Assembly (NCBI RefSeq): GCF_964204645.1 | Contig: NC_134026.1 | Coordinates: forward strand, 26,260,150 to 26,324,149 | Source of the DNA: Tubulanus polymorphus | Lineage: Eukaryota; Animalia; Nemertea | Direction of reading: 5' to 3' | DNA length: 64,000 bases | In this document: piece by piece, positions 38,083-52,300 of the stretch | Layout: every line of letters begins with the position of its first letter | Numbering within the stretch: position 1 is the stretch's first letter | Notes under the pieces: model-generated | Told to the model about the DNA's origin: nothing | Seen by the model: the letters and a program-made list of their open reading frames with translations, nothing else | Database searches by the model: none | Position numbers and translations under genes: made by a program

Positions 38083-40445
38083 TTATGTTGCAATCAAAGA
38101 ACTTGGATTTTGTTCACAAACTGCCAGTGATCTACTCGTATTGCCGTAGGTATGTCCGAATTTAAAGACTTGTTCTGAAAAAACCCAGAAAAATGTGTAA
38201 TTGTTACAAAATTCGATTTCAAAACGCACGAACATCATGTTTTATTGATACAAAATGAATCTGAACAAATAAAATAACAACAAAGCAACAAAATTAAATA
38301 ACTTATAAAAACCAACAATTGATATCGAGCTTGTAATAGTTTCCTAAAATATAATCCCCTGACGACTGCATTCAATCCCGGATTTGACCGTACGGTGAAT
38401 GGTGCAAAAAGCTTTGCGTGATGAACCGAGCTACGTGCTGACAGGACGTCAGATAATCACTGAAAAACATTGTCGGCGCCAATTTGTTGATTGTGGTATA
38501 CAGAACTAATCACATTTGCTTATAAATCCGTGACACGTTTTGCGATGTTATTTGGTTATTGTTTTTGATAAATCAGTGTATATCCGTCAGCTGAATATAT
38601 CATATTATATTTGCCGCTTGTAGACTGTCCAATAGAAGATCTTTAAATAATTCGAAAAGCTACTAAATATAGATTTAAATAGCAAAAAGCATTAAACACT
38701 GATGTGATACGTATCATTTCTGACCGCCGTGAAGCTGGCTCCCGGTTCCCGGTTCCCGGTTGGGCTCCCGATTGAAAATGATTTTGAATCGGGAGCCCAA
38801 CCGGGAACCGGGAACCGGGAGCCAGCTTCACGGGGGTTCATTTCTGTAGTAGCCATAGACAACGAAAATAGTGTTTGGCTAATGTGATGTTGTACCTTTA
38901 ATTGCTTGCCGTTCTTTCTAAAACAAGAAATACATTTACGATGATTTTTTAGTAAGTCTACCTTTGTCCTTTTGATTTTTTCTTTGAACCACCGCATATC
39001 ACAGCAGACAGCTTTACATTTTTACTAGGTTTCATGAAATACACGAATCACCGATATTTCTCGATAAGAAGTTTGTTACTGATTTTGGATGACTTACGAG
39101 GCAGATATCCTGTATAATTAGGTACCATTCCCTCTGGAGCATAGATACTTCGTGTACCTGGTGAATCAAGGCGGAAATTGACGTTGTACTTTTGAGGTGT
39201 CGGTCTGAAACACGCAAACAAAAATATATTGCCATTTCTACAACGAGTTGATATTTCAGCAAATGGTTGCACATAAATGTTACCTTTGATCCAGTGAAAT
39301 CGGGGCATTCCTGTTTGCTTGAGTGCGTTCCATTTCGTTGTAGAAAACGCTAAAACCATTTTTGCTAACAGTATGGTATCGAGCACCCAAACCAATTTCA
39401 GTCGGTTTCACCTTCGGGACATATCCTACGTAACCAGGTATCGGGGCCTCATCACCAGTGCGTTTCTCTTCTACAGTTACCCAAAATATGATCAATTATT
39501 TTGATATTTGAATTCCAAGATATTTAAAATTCAATAATCTATTGATCATGGTTTTGAAACTATTTACCAATTAAAACGTTTTGACGGTTTGGATTTCTTT
39601 CTCTGAATTGAAGGCAGGATTCTCTCACTTCGGAATCTGGTGCTATGGACTTTAAAACTGGTTGTCGGTTGACCGTGTTTCGTAAACTGGCCTCCTCGTG
39701 CGCGTTCTTCTCATTAGCGTGCATGAAATCATCGATACTTAAATCACAGATCACTCGGTACCGATTACCAAATTTATAGGGTGAAGTTGGAACATAGCCT
39801 GTAAAAAATAAACCGTGTAAAAACGAATTCAATTCTATTGTCTTATCTTGACAAATGCCCACGTGATTATCGATATATTCTTATCGAAAAATCTTCTTAA
39901 GTAAATTTTGCATTATTTTTGGGTCATTAGAATATCATATCAACCTGTATAACCGGGTACCATTTCTTTGAAGTATTTATTGTCTCCTGTAGCTTCAGGA
40001 ATTAGAAGTTCACGTGGTTTACCAGTAGTTACTTCCAACTCACCACCTTCAACCGTCCAGTTTTGCTGCAAATATAATTAGATCACTTTATTTAAAACAT
40101 ATGATACACAATGAAATGATGGAATTATATTTGTCAGTAATTTCAATATAAAGGGATTTTGACTAATCGACTAAAGAGTATCGATCTGATGACGATGGTA
40201 ATGTTTTTTATTGATTTGCAGCTGAAACATTGCATGGATGCTGATGAATATGATTAATCATAGTGGCAGTTCCAAATCCGATTTGATATTTTCGAAAACA
40301 TTTATACCTGATTGCATTGACTATCCTCCCATTTTCTCATAGATTCCTCCCATTTACGACGAAGTCTGCCATAACAGTATTCATCTACATATTCCGTATC
40401 GTATTCATCCTCAAATAAAATCTCAGGATCCTTTGTTTTCGACAT
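38083..40445 (-). CDS. SPMIP5: SPMIP5/C10orf82-like ciliary microtubule inner protein (PYG-repeat type); multi-exon
   Basis: EAPIPGYVGYVPKVKPTEIGLGARYHTVSKNGF resembles the recalled C10orf82 [25 protein letters not shown]. Repeats MVPGYTGYVP and MVPNYTGYLP. Last exon 38083-38174 (QVFKFGHTYGNTSRSLAVC) is in phase. Confidence 0.8.
38723..38837. mobile_element. 115-bp near-perfect palindromic MITE with perfect 9-bp TSD TCATTTCTG, in a SPMIP5 intron
   Basis: Arm CCGTGAAGCTGGCTCCCGGTTCCCGGTTCCCGGTTGGGCTCCCGATT and its exact reverse complement. TSD copies at 38714-38722 and 38838-38846. Confidence 0.92.
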
Positions 40446-43400
40446 TTTTCAATCGAATAAATCCCAATCTTTATCGCATAAATCAACAAATACTATTCTA
40501 TATAGGCCGTACAAGTATGAATTGACGCCGAGTCGCTTTTCTAGATTTTTTTGTCGATGAATGTTTATTGTGTAGCTAGCCTAGAAAAATGCTCTTAGTT
40601 ACAAGCGCGAGGGATTTTAAAGCGAGCTACGTTCTATTTTTATTTCCATGGAATAGAAATTTGAACAAGGAAGAATATGTAGACGCTTTGGATCTTAACA
40701 CGATATGTTATCAAGATATGTTTTGAAATAAAAATCATACATTGAATGCATGACACATTTTGTCTATAAAGAAATATCAAGATGGTCGTAAATACACTTG
40801 TTAAACTCCAACGTGAATACCTGACTGACATCTTTGCGCGATGCACATCAATTAAGAATAAATCTGGCAAAACAATTTGTATATTTGAGGTTGTTTGATA
40901 ATGCATTTATTTCGTGTCAACCAGGAAATAATTCTAAGAGATTTCACCGTTCAGGTTAATCCAACTGATCCTTGGACAAATACGTGTAATGCATTTCACT
41001 TTATGAACTGTTTACCTTGTCACTAGTAAAAGTGTTCGTCCCTTTAATTCATGAGAATATCTGCCATTATCTCAGAGGTTGACACAAGACAAATCGTAAG
41101 AACAGGTTTTATTGTGAAGATTTCGTTCTCTTAATTAAAATTTCACCTGAATTCGTGTTAGTTATAGTTTATTGCGTTTTATTGTAAAGATCTGAAATGA
41201 AAATATTTGGTATCAAATGTTTTTTTCACCTGACCAAAACAGCTTGTAAATCTTTCAAAAACGTCAATTATGAGATACTAAATTCTAATAAATGAATAGA
41301 AATTTGACCTCAGTAAAATGTACATAAATCGATTCTTTTTGAATGTCTCCAGCCTCGTCATTTTGATTTTGAAGTAATAGTCGGATAAAACGGTAGGTCG
41401 TCACTTTAATCTTCATCCCTACCACAGCCATTTTGTAACCATAGCAATGGATGTAAATATTGACGTTAGCAATGGATTTTCAGCACTATGGTGAATATAA
41501 CTGTCCCATTAGATATGTTGATAATTTATTCACATGAGCAAGAAAGACAGCAACCATGCAACAGAGGTAAGTGAAATAACGTCATTGTTGGTATAAAGCT
41601 GACCTCTGACCAAATGATACCCCCTGGGATGAGTTGAGATGAACTTATCAACCACGAAATCAATTTTCATAAATCATAATCAAATAGGAACGGACTTAAT
41701 TACGCTGGTCATACGTATATACATGAGCAGGTCCAACGAATGCAGAAATACTGATTAGAAAAATATGTTCAGAATATAGCAAAATCCTGCCCTGCAGTTC
41801 TTAGGGTCTTGATATGCATAAACGTGTATATATTGTTAATTACCATTTGGAGGATTATGGAAAAAAACTGCAAGTCTCATTAATTAATTTATAATAATTG
41901 ATACCACATGCGGTAGTTGACAAATATACAACAAAACATGAAATAAAACCTAGGATTAACGCGCAGTTGGAAAGTACATTAGCAGCAGGGACAAGTGGAT
42001 CATTTAAGATTCCAGAGAATTTCAGTCACCAATTATCGTGATATCACACAGAGTTAAATCACCGTGCTATGTCCACTTGGTCATAACGCGCATTTCAACA
42101 CCTGTAGACAATATCCAATGTCCCCCAGCCATAACATTTTTCCTCACAAAAACCTCGAGTCCAATTTGTTTTGTATTGTCGCTTCGTCAAGCTTAAGCTT
42201 GAATCTTATTATCGTTTGAATGGATTCTTTAATGACCATAAAAGCACAATTTAAATCATACTTCATCTAAACACGACGGCAAGCTAGATGAGGATTTAAT
42301 TAATGTTAATCTATAATTTTGTATGAATAACATGTAGAACATTCCAACGTGATTCTATTATAGGATTTCTTATACAGATACGATACGATGTTTTCAGTTT
42401 AATTCAATTCTAGAAACGAAAAGTTTTACCTTGTATATGTACTAGTAGATATTAGAACTTTATATTTCATATGATCTACTAAAACTTATTTATGTTCACT
42501 TACCAATAAAGTATTAATCTCATAGGTATCCTTTCCATAAGTTTTTCCAATGCGATATTTGCGGAGAGGGGTATAACCCGTATAGCTGAAAAAATTCACC
42601 AAAAAGAACTCTTAAGAAGGAGTGAATGTAGGCCTAAAAATATTTCATCCTTTAGGCACAATTTTACTAGTATGCACAGAATATATCCTATTTAGAGTAT
42701 TTGGGAGTCGCAGATTCTCAAATATATGCTCCAAATTAATAGGATAAACATATATGATTTTAGAGATAATTAGCTACGTTTTTACCCTGGTATATGTGTG
42801 CCTTGTTTTATCCCAACACAAGCTCTCCGTTGTTCAATAGTAGCACCACCACCAGTTGATATAGCCGTCATCTTACTTCAGCATAAAAACATTCGCAGAT
42901 TTATTCCTTTATTTTTAACTGTGAACAGTCCGACTCTGGATATTTCAGCTTACACCAACGCTGTAAAGTTAATACTCAACAAAAACAGTGGGGTATCATA
43001 AAATTTTATTGGCTGATTTTGTAGCCACTGATTGACTGTCGAAATAATCGCGTGCGTTTCGTAAAATGACCGACAACTCACATTCGCATTGTTTCACTAG
43101 TATTTAACAACACGAATGTTGCCCGCACTGAAGTCTGAGTCGTTATGGTCCGCCTTCAACCACCCCACTGTCACTTCGTTTCTCCGTCAAGTCAACAACA
43201 AACAAACTTTTGTATTGTTTGCTTACAGTGCTTCTGGGCTTCAATACCTAGACAACGGAATAAATACTACTGACAGATTGGAGTAAACGAAACAAAAGAT
43301 GAATATACTGACTTTTAGATTATTAATCAACTCCTTGGTATAGCCAATTATTAGTAGCTCCAATAAAGGCATAATTGATATGTGGTTATCGCTATCAGTA

Positions 43401-43602
43401 GTTTCATCAGGGAAGTGTCTCATTACACTTCCCGACAGTTCAACAACCAAGACATCATTATTTCCATTCATACGAACTCTGACAAACCAAAATCCATAAT
43501 ATACTTTCTTTAATTGTTGAACACTTTATGACAATTAGCTAAACAATACTTACTTACTATACGAAATAGGTATAAGTTTTGAGAACAGTAAATGAAAGGA
43601 GA

Positions 43603-46600
43603 ATGGGAAATGCTGAGAGTCAAGTTGCTAGTGGCATCAAAGCTCAAGTAGACAGCGGCCAACGAAAACTATATCGACTCATCTCACTTAAAGGAGATGG
43701 TGAACTTGTAACATTAATGAAAGTGGCAAATAGAACTAAAGATTACAGCATTCTAGATGAGAAAATACGTACCGAAGTCCGCCCATTTCTATACAACGGA
43801 GGAGCGGGAAAATGGATCCCGAAAGGGGATATCGTCAAAATCCGACATGCTGATCGTGAAGATGAATTCCAAAATGTAGCTGGTACATACAAGTCACTGA
43901 AACCTGTGGATCATGTGCAGTTTGGTTGTATTGAAAATGGAAACGCACAATTTGGCAGTCAGAGTAATGGCATCGTACCATGTTACAAAGATCAAGATGG
44001 TAAGCGATTTGGGAGAGCTGATAACTTATTTTGCTGATGATTTTAACTCTCAATGTATAATTTTCATATAATTTTTAGCTTTTTCGCTTTTTCAGATTGT
44101 CCATATCGCTTCTGTTGTTGGGATCTTGATCAACGAGGAACTGTCGGTGAGACAATCCTTCATTTGTGCTTCCTGAATGCATCGTCATTACACGCTGATC
44201 TCGCTAAACGGCTACTAATGGCTTATCCAAATATGATTCGCGATATCTACGTCGGGGATGTCTATTACGGTATTTTTCTACGCATACCCCGGTAATAGTG
44301 TGCAATCTAAAGATACAATAAGCTTATGATTTTAAGGTTTATCATATAATTTCAGGTGAATCGGTACTTCATATGGCAATAGTAAATGAGGACCCGGCGA
44401 TTGTAAAATTCCTTCTAGATCGAGGGGCAGAGGTAAACGACCGTACGTGTGGCAGTTTCTTCACAGCCGATGACCAAAAAGACCATCGTAAAGATACGTA
44501 CGATCAAGAAAACCCCGATATACCCATACAAACTAACTATGATGGGTACGTCACGAGTCCCACTTCTATTTCAAGCAAGTAAACATTTCAAAAACAGTTT
44601 TTCTTTCTTCATTTTTATAGGTATTCATACTGGGGCGAATATCCACTGGGTTTTGCTGCCTGTTTAGGACAGGAGGAATGTGTCAGATTATTGTTAGCTA
44701 AAGGAGCTGATCCAAACAAACAGGATGGTAATGGAAATACAGTACTTCATATGCTTGTCATACTGGATAAAAAGGTAGCTGATTATATGAATAAGTAATC
44801 CACTTTTGCGTGGAATTGCAATTTACTATATAGTCTATGTCCATTAAGAGCTATCGCTATCATTGTCTGTTTTCTTTCCGAACAGAATAGCAAGAAAGTT
44901 GGAAAGGTTGGAATCTAATCTATATGTAATATTCTTGTCATCCATAACCATTTCAGGAATCCTCCTATGTTTGAGATATTTTTCGGCTGTTTCCATGTTA
45001 TATGGACCATACAATACTAATGTTGTGAATTGTCAGTTTAATATCAGTTCTGTTATTTTGTAATTGATGAAACAATTGAGATTTTTAAATTGCACTCTTT
45101 CGGATCGATCCATTTTTTAATTCCTCATTGGAATTTTTACAAAACAGCTTTACCATATAATGCTTGAAAAACCTGTTTACCCAACAATCGTTCTCTGTGG
45201 TTTGGTATTGTTCGTTTTCAATGTAGTTTTACTTGTAATATCAATGTTATAAGCGAATGTTGGAATAAATCTATTTTCAGTGGATAGATCAGTCAATCCT
45301 CAGAAAGAAATTCAAACCTCGAAAGGAATGTATGATGATATGAAATTTCACAAATTTCACTTTGATAACATAATCTATTCACGCCCCAAACTTTAACACG
45401 TGACCAGAATCTCACCCACTAAAACTAAATGTCTTCTTATTGTCTATGTGATCTAGTGTTTTACATAACACATCTTACCACTGAATTCTCTCGACGCTAC
45501 ATCCAGTGTAACTAATACACTTCAAAAATGAAAATTCACTACTTGTATCACTATATTGCTGGATGTATTCTATGTCAACGAAAGTGCGAATGAAATAATA
45601 CTCTGTAATATTTTCCGCATTTGCACGCACCATCATAATCTGCATGGATTTGATCCTTTCTTTGTCACAGTACACAAGTCCAAAGGTAATTTTTCTATCC
45701 ATTTTAAAATCATGTTGTGTTAGCTTACTGTATTCATATGGAAACAAACCTTAAGTTAATCTGGTTTTCGAAATCGCCATTGATGATTATATAGATTTAT
45801 GAAAACGTGTGTTTCTCGTGCGTGTTAGAAAAAGTTAAACACAGAAAATTATCTTTTTTCTCATCATAGGAAATGTTTGATGTTCTGCACAGTCAAGGAG
45901 CTAGATTACATATAAGAAATCGGAAGGGCCTCACTCCACTTACACTTGCCGCTCATTTGGCCAGGAAAGAGGTTTTAACCATTTCGTAAATTAACGAAAC
46001 ACCCAACTTCACCGGTTTCGACGAAATTGCATTAGTAAAATCCATATTTCTATGTAGATGTATGAACACATTTTGGAGTTATCGCGAGAAATTCAATGGG
46101 TTTTTGGCAATGTCATCTGTGCCGCGTACCCTTTGTCAGATATAGACAGTATATCACAGGATGGCAGTATCAGCGAATACTCTGCCATTTACAAAATTGT
46201 CCACGGTGTAAGTAGAAGAAATCCCTTTTAAGACTACCGGTATATGATTTATGTACGGAATATCACTACATCTAGCATTAGCTTACCATCAATTAAAATC
46301 ATTGGTTTCAATTAAAATATCTGCACATTTTTCAGGACGCATTAAGTCATGTAGAAATGTTAGATGGAGTTGTAGCGCAGATTCTACGACTTAAATGGAA
46401 CACTTTCATCAAATCCCAGTGAGTTCATCTGCATTTTAAGTTTCTGACTTACTGAGATGCCTCTTAAATGCAGACTAAGAGAATTTGTATTTTTCAGTTT
46501 TTATTGGCAGTTTGGGCTGTTCACGTTGTATTTTCTGATATTTATGTTGGCTTTTGTGATGAGACCCGGTCGTGATTTAAACCCAATCATTCGTCAGATG

Positions 46601-48788
46601 AACCTCACTACTTCCAATAACTCTCATTATTCCGTCAACAAAACAATAAATGATCCATGTTACCTGATGAAAAATACCCGTACAGAAGATTCTGTAAGTT
46701 ATGATACCTAATGAGTTCACGAAATATTTCCTATTTTGTAATGATATTTGTAAAGACATTTGTAAATGTTGAACTAAATTAGTTCTATGTTGAAGTCTTT
46801 GAAATGGAACAATGATAAGTACAAACTGATAGTCAGTTGATTAGAAGCTTAGATAGTTGTGTAATGTAAATTAGTTCGATATTAATTTCTATTCTAGGCA
46901 CGTTTTGTCTTAGAGTTGATGACTATTATCGGTGCAACCTGTTACCTTTACTTCGCTGCTTATGAAATACATCAACAGAAATTGAAAATATTCTTCCAAA
47001 CGTTGGTAATTTCAATCAAAAAATGCCACTCCATTCTTTAGTAACTTTTGAAATTGGAAAATTAAGTAACTTTGATTTTTGAAAAATCGTTTTGTAGAGC
47101 GCTGCGCCGATGAAGGCCCTATTTCTGTTTTCTTGTATTCTGGTTTTATTGATGGTACCAGGACGAGCAGCTTGTATGCCGATGTATGAAGATGTTATGG
47201 GCATCATGGCTATTCTCTGTACCGCTCCTTATTTCCTATTCTTCTGTCGGTATGTACCTACTTATTGACAAAAAACCACACAAAATCCATTATATTCCAT
47301 TCGTATTGAATTCCAAGAAACACTTTTTCGTCGAGAACAATATAGGCGACCTCTGTACCTACGAGGATGTATGAAAATGTGTGTACAGAAATTGTGTCGA
47401 ATTGAGTAAAATATCAAATCAGTGACAATGCTATAAATTTCTATAAAAAAGATCCAATTATACGCAGATTCCCAATATCGTTTGGTCAAATCAGAGGACA
47501 TCTGGCCACTGCCCCATAGATAAAGATGTTCGTTCCACTGTCACAATTCCGATCAAAACCAGATAATGTGTAATTAGTAAAGTGTAATTTACAGAGGTTT
47601 TAAGATGGTTGGCCCATTTGTCGTGATGATTTATAAAATGGTTCGAGGAGATCTGTTACGTTTTGTCATTATATACGCCGTATTTATGATAGGATTTTCT
47701 CAAGGTATTTTTGATGTATGAATATAGGCTATATTTAGTTAAAATGCTTGTTTTTTAGAATTAGGCCTGCACAACGGGTAGTCATTGGATCTATTGTAAA
47801 TATCAAATGTATACATTTAATGTTATTACAGCAATGTTTGTAGTATTTCGGAGAGTAGATGCTGATCAAACGATTTTTTCAAACGCCATAGAAGCTATGG
47901 TCGGTATGTTCATCATGTCACTTGGAGAATTTGGAGACATTTATGAACAATTAGAAGAATCAAACCATGCTAGACTTGGAAAGGTGCATAGATAATGAAA
48001 TCAACCATCAGAATAATTGATGATGTAGTTTCGTTCATTCAATCATTTGTAGTCAGGAAATTTTACAAAGATTCCGTATATATTTTGCTTAACCTAATTA
48101 AATCCGTTTTTACAATTGAAGGTAATATTCGTTGCACATATGGTACTTGTAACTCTACTCTTAGTGAATATGTTGATAGCTATGATGGGTAATACATATC
48201 AAATGGTAACTGAGACACAAGGAGAATGGTTGCGTCAGGTAACAACGATTCCCTCGCCCATTAACGACATCACCAAATTCGTTATTCAAATATTACCAAT
48301 TCCTATAATCTCTTTAGTGGGCTAGCATCTTACTGGTTGTAGAACAGGGAGTATCGGCAAATAAAAGGAAATTAATGCAAGAAATTTATTCACAACCGCT
48401 GTCAGACGGACAACAAAGAGCGGTCGTAATCAGATGGCATCAAACGGTAAGCTCCGTTTCAACGGATTCGTTATTTTGAAAGAAAAATAGGTATCGTATT
48501 ACACGTAATCATGAGCTTCACTGAACGAATTCCGATCACAATGAGGACTTTCTTTTCTTCCATTATTTTCTGTCATATTTTTGTGTCCTTCTCAGGCCTT
48601 CTTTCGAAACGAGGCATTTAGCCTTATCGTCATCGTAACAATGTATACAGATTTCGATATTTCAGAGAGAGGTCGAAGAGAAAGACTTGGAAACAGCAAA
48701 ACAGGAGAAACAGAAACTACTGCGGTCTTTAATGATCAAAAATACTCAAAGTATCATCACGGATACAGATAGCATAGAAAATTGCTAA
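43603..48788 (+). CDS. nan: TRPV cation channel, nanchung/OCR-like (canonical copy); multi-exon
   Basis: [15 protein letters not shown] resembles the Nan N-terminus. Ankyrin repeats ([24 protein letters not shown]), S4-S5 linker [16 protein letters not shown], pore [10 protein letters not shown]6 [17 protein letters not shown] box EWLRQWA. Confidence 0.93.
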
Positions 48789-49384
48789 TATTATCATCAT
48801 CTTCTGATGTACTCATGAAGAACATGCAAAAATAAAAAGCATTGTTCTTTTCAATAATGAAATTTGTATTTTATTGTTTCTCATCATTGTACACAAATAA
48901 AGAATTTATTAAAAACCTGTTAACACATTATGCATTACTGCAATATAAATAGTTGTCATACGTTGCAAATACCTTTAAAAAAACTTAAGAAATACATAAG
49001 TAATAAGAAAACATGGACTTACCCGCATAAAACAAAACATTTTGTGGAGAAGATTGTCAATTTAGTGAATAAAATATAATCTATACATTTATATAACAAG
49101 TATAGCTAAAATGCTGATTAAAACGTAACAATATGTAAAGCCATGATCTTATTTAAAACTGATTTTTTCATGATAAAACAAATACATACGAATTGCATCT
49201 TAATATAACATGTATGAAAATAAGATTTAACAAGAATTAAGCCAATATACTGTTAAGCAAACCAAATCGAACATTGACTAAATACTGAAAATATTTTTAG
49301 GCATGCTGAGGTAAGACTATTTTTTAATGACAGAACTAATCAAGCAACATGCAGGAGATATCACTTAATGCTATGAAAGAATCA

Positions 49385-52300
49385 TCATCTTTCACTAGGT
49401 GTTCGACTCACTGAACTACTATGACGAGGTGTATTCAATAATAAATTCTCCTCATTTTTCTGATGTAAACGATGCTGTTCACGAAGTAATTTGTCCTCAA
49501 TTTGTTCTTCTTCCTAAAAAGAAAAAGAAAATACCGCAATCAAATACATCATATATTGAAAACAAATAAATTGAGAAATATGCTGTCAGAGAAAGAGATT
49601 GAGGAGAGACAGGTACTCACTGTTCTCTGCCAACGAATAACAAATTGTCTTCCATCTTTTCCATCTTCACCGAGTGGTTGAGAATATTGCTTCTGGCAAC
49701 TCAGGCGTTTCTCAGCAGATACAGAAAATTCAACAACCAAAACAATCTGTGAGTACTACAAAAAGCAACAATACGCCAGATAAATGCAAAACATTCGCCC
49801 CAGTAAATAAACTGCTGTAGGATTATCAAAGATAAACTAACCTGTCTAATCCATTCTCTGTCCTGATCATTGATGATATTAAAAGTTTGACCCATCATCG
49901 CAATCAGCATATTGACCAGTAGAATTGTACTGATAATCAAATTGAATATGAACAATGCCTAATAATATAAATAACAGAACATCATCAAATAATATCAGTG
50001 ATTCAAAGGAGGGCCAAAGTCAACTTGAAATAGTGCACATGAAGAAGGACCGTCATCTTGGATGGATATTTGTTATACTTACTTTCGCTATCAGATGATG
50101 TGGTGATAATTCGAACTGCTCATAAAGCTCCTGAAATTCTGACAGAGTGATAATAATAGTTCCCATGATAGCTTTCAACGGATGATTAAACTGGGTTTCT
50201 TCGGTCACCAATCGAAAACAGATGTAAAGCGCTAAAAAAGACATACATATACATATCATACATCTATATATGGGTACTTCATTGTACTAACATCATCTAT
50301 CAAAATACATGGTTGTTACTGACCTTGTGAAAATCCAATGAGGAAAACAAAATATATCAATGCAAATCGTATAAGATCACCTTTGATCATCTTATAAAAC
50401 ATAACTACTGAAGGTCCACTGTACTTGAAACCCCTGAAAATAGGACACAATTCTATTTCAGATATATATCTTGATAGGTTTCATTGAATTGTAGAGGTAC
50501 ACATATAAATGCATATACATACCGTAGAAAGAATAGAAAATGGGGTGTACTGAGAACTATTGAAATGGTACAGATTGTGTCCTCATAAGGGAAATAACAG
50601 GCAAAGCGTCCAGGGATGGCAATGACCACTAAAACACAGCCTAACAGAAAAAGTGCTTTTGTTGGAGCAAATGCCTGTAATAGATTATACAAATAATTAA
50701 AATTTGGTACATTGCGCATACATCGAAATGCATGACTCCTTGAAAATAAGATCTTACTATGGTATTGATGTATAATCTAAAGGAATTTTGATATATAACC
50801 AAAAACTGGTACAATATCTGTGAAATAGCTATCACCACGACCAAACATTCAATCACAATGCGGGCCTGAAATAGAAAATGTTACAAGTTTGAAAACAGAT
50901 TGCAGAAATCACATTACAAAGCCTGGGTTTATGAAGTACTCACATATGCAGTGGTATCTTTAGGATAGTATAGGTAACATTTATCTTTGATGGTGACATT
51001 CTTCCAACCTGTTGTTCCATTAACCAGTGATTGAACAACAAAATTGTCATCACCAGGACGAATATACATTGCTGCAGTGAACAGAACAATGTACAAAAGA
51101 AACCAAATAAACTGCAACAACAGCCTGAAAATAGCATCTTTTATATCTATATTACTGAAGTTGACAAGATACATTTCATTGAAAATTACTGTTTTTGATC
51201 TTAAAATGGGCATTGACCCTGTTATTTATCTAAAAATCACTGTTTTAATGAACCTTTTTGCGACGAAAGTTTTCCATTTTTCTGCCAGCAGATCGGTAAC
51301 TAAGCCATCAAGCATATTAAGATGACACTGTTCATTCTATAAAAATCAAAACCAAATTGGGATTTAGTAGAAGATTATCAATAGTTCAAATCAATTCATG
51401 TTATTCATATACATTGTAATTAATACCATCAACTAACCCCATGGACAATCTTATACAGAGCAGAATTTTCATCTATTTCTCCCTTCGGTCCAATCGTATC
51501 AAAGGTAGATAATGGATAACCAGCACACACTACATCTCCATAGCTCCAACAAATTGATCGCTTGATCTTAAGTATATGTTCATACATCTAAGGGTTTAAA
51601 GATTTATTCATAGAGGATTAATATTGCTGTTTGATTAACAAACAAAAAGTCACGCACATGTATGCACAATCATATATACCTCCAGATTTCCAATATGAGC
51701 AGAAAGAGTGAAAGGAGACAATCCCTGGCGATTTCTTATATTTATATCTGCACCGAGTTCATGTAGTAGATCAAACATATGCTATAATATATGAACAACA
51801 TTAAAAATCGTTTGTAAAGTCAGAAATATATCATGTACCGGTAAAGAATTTAAGGAGCAGTCTCTTACAGTATTATTCTGCACAACCAGCATATGAAGAG
51901 CAGTGTTACCATTAGCATCCTGCCTGTTAGGATCCGCTCCATGAGCTAACAATAATCGAACACATTCTTCCTGATTCAAACACGCTGCAAAACTCAGCGG
52001 ATATTCACCCCAATATACCTTCCTGTAAGAGCAAGAAATGTTCGAATCCTTATAAAACACAAGCTAAGTAAGATTAAAAGTAAAAGATTTTTTTCAACAA
52101 TTTACCCGATATGTGAAGTTTTCTTAGGCAACGCAATCCATTCATAATCGCTGTAATCATTTCTTTCATCTTTCTGGTCATCAGCGCAGAAGAAATTACC
52201 ACATGCACGATCATAAAGTGATGGGCCGCAGTCTAACAGCATTTTCAACATAGCAGGACTCTCAGACACAATAGCCATATGGAGTGTTCCTTCACCTGTA

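Noticed and set aside
38727-38833. CRISPR array, terminator or tRNA interpretation of the hairpin
   Set aside because: The context is eukaryotic, there are no spacers and no cloverleaf, and the perfect TSD indicates a MITE.
38692-38997. 101-aa ORF as a SPMIP5 terminal exon
   Set aside because: The acceptor is weak and the ORF runs into the MITE. The exon at 38083-38174 gives the expected FGHTYG continuation.
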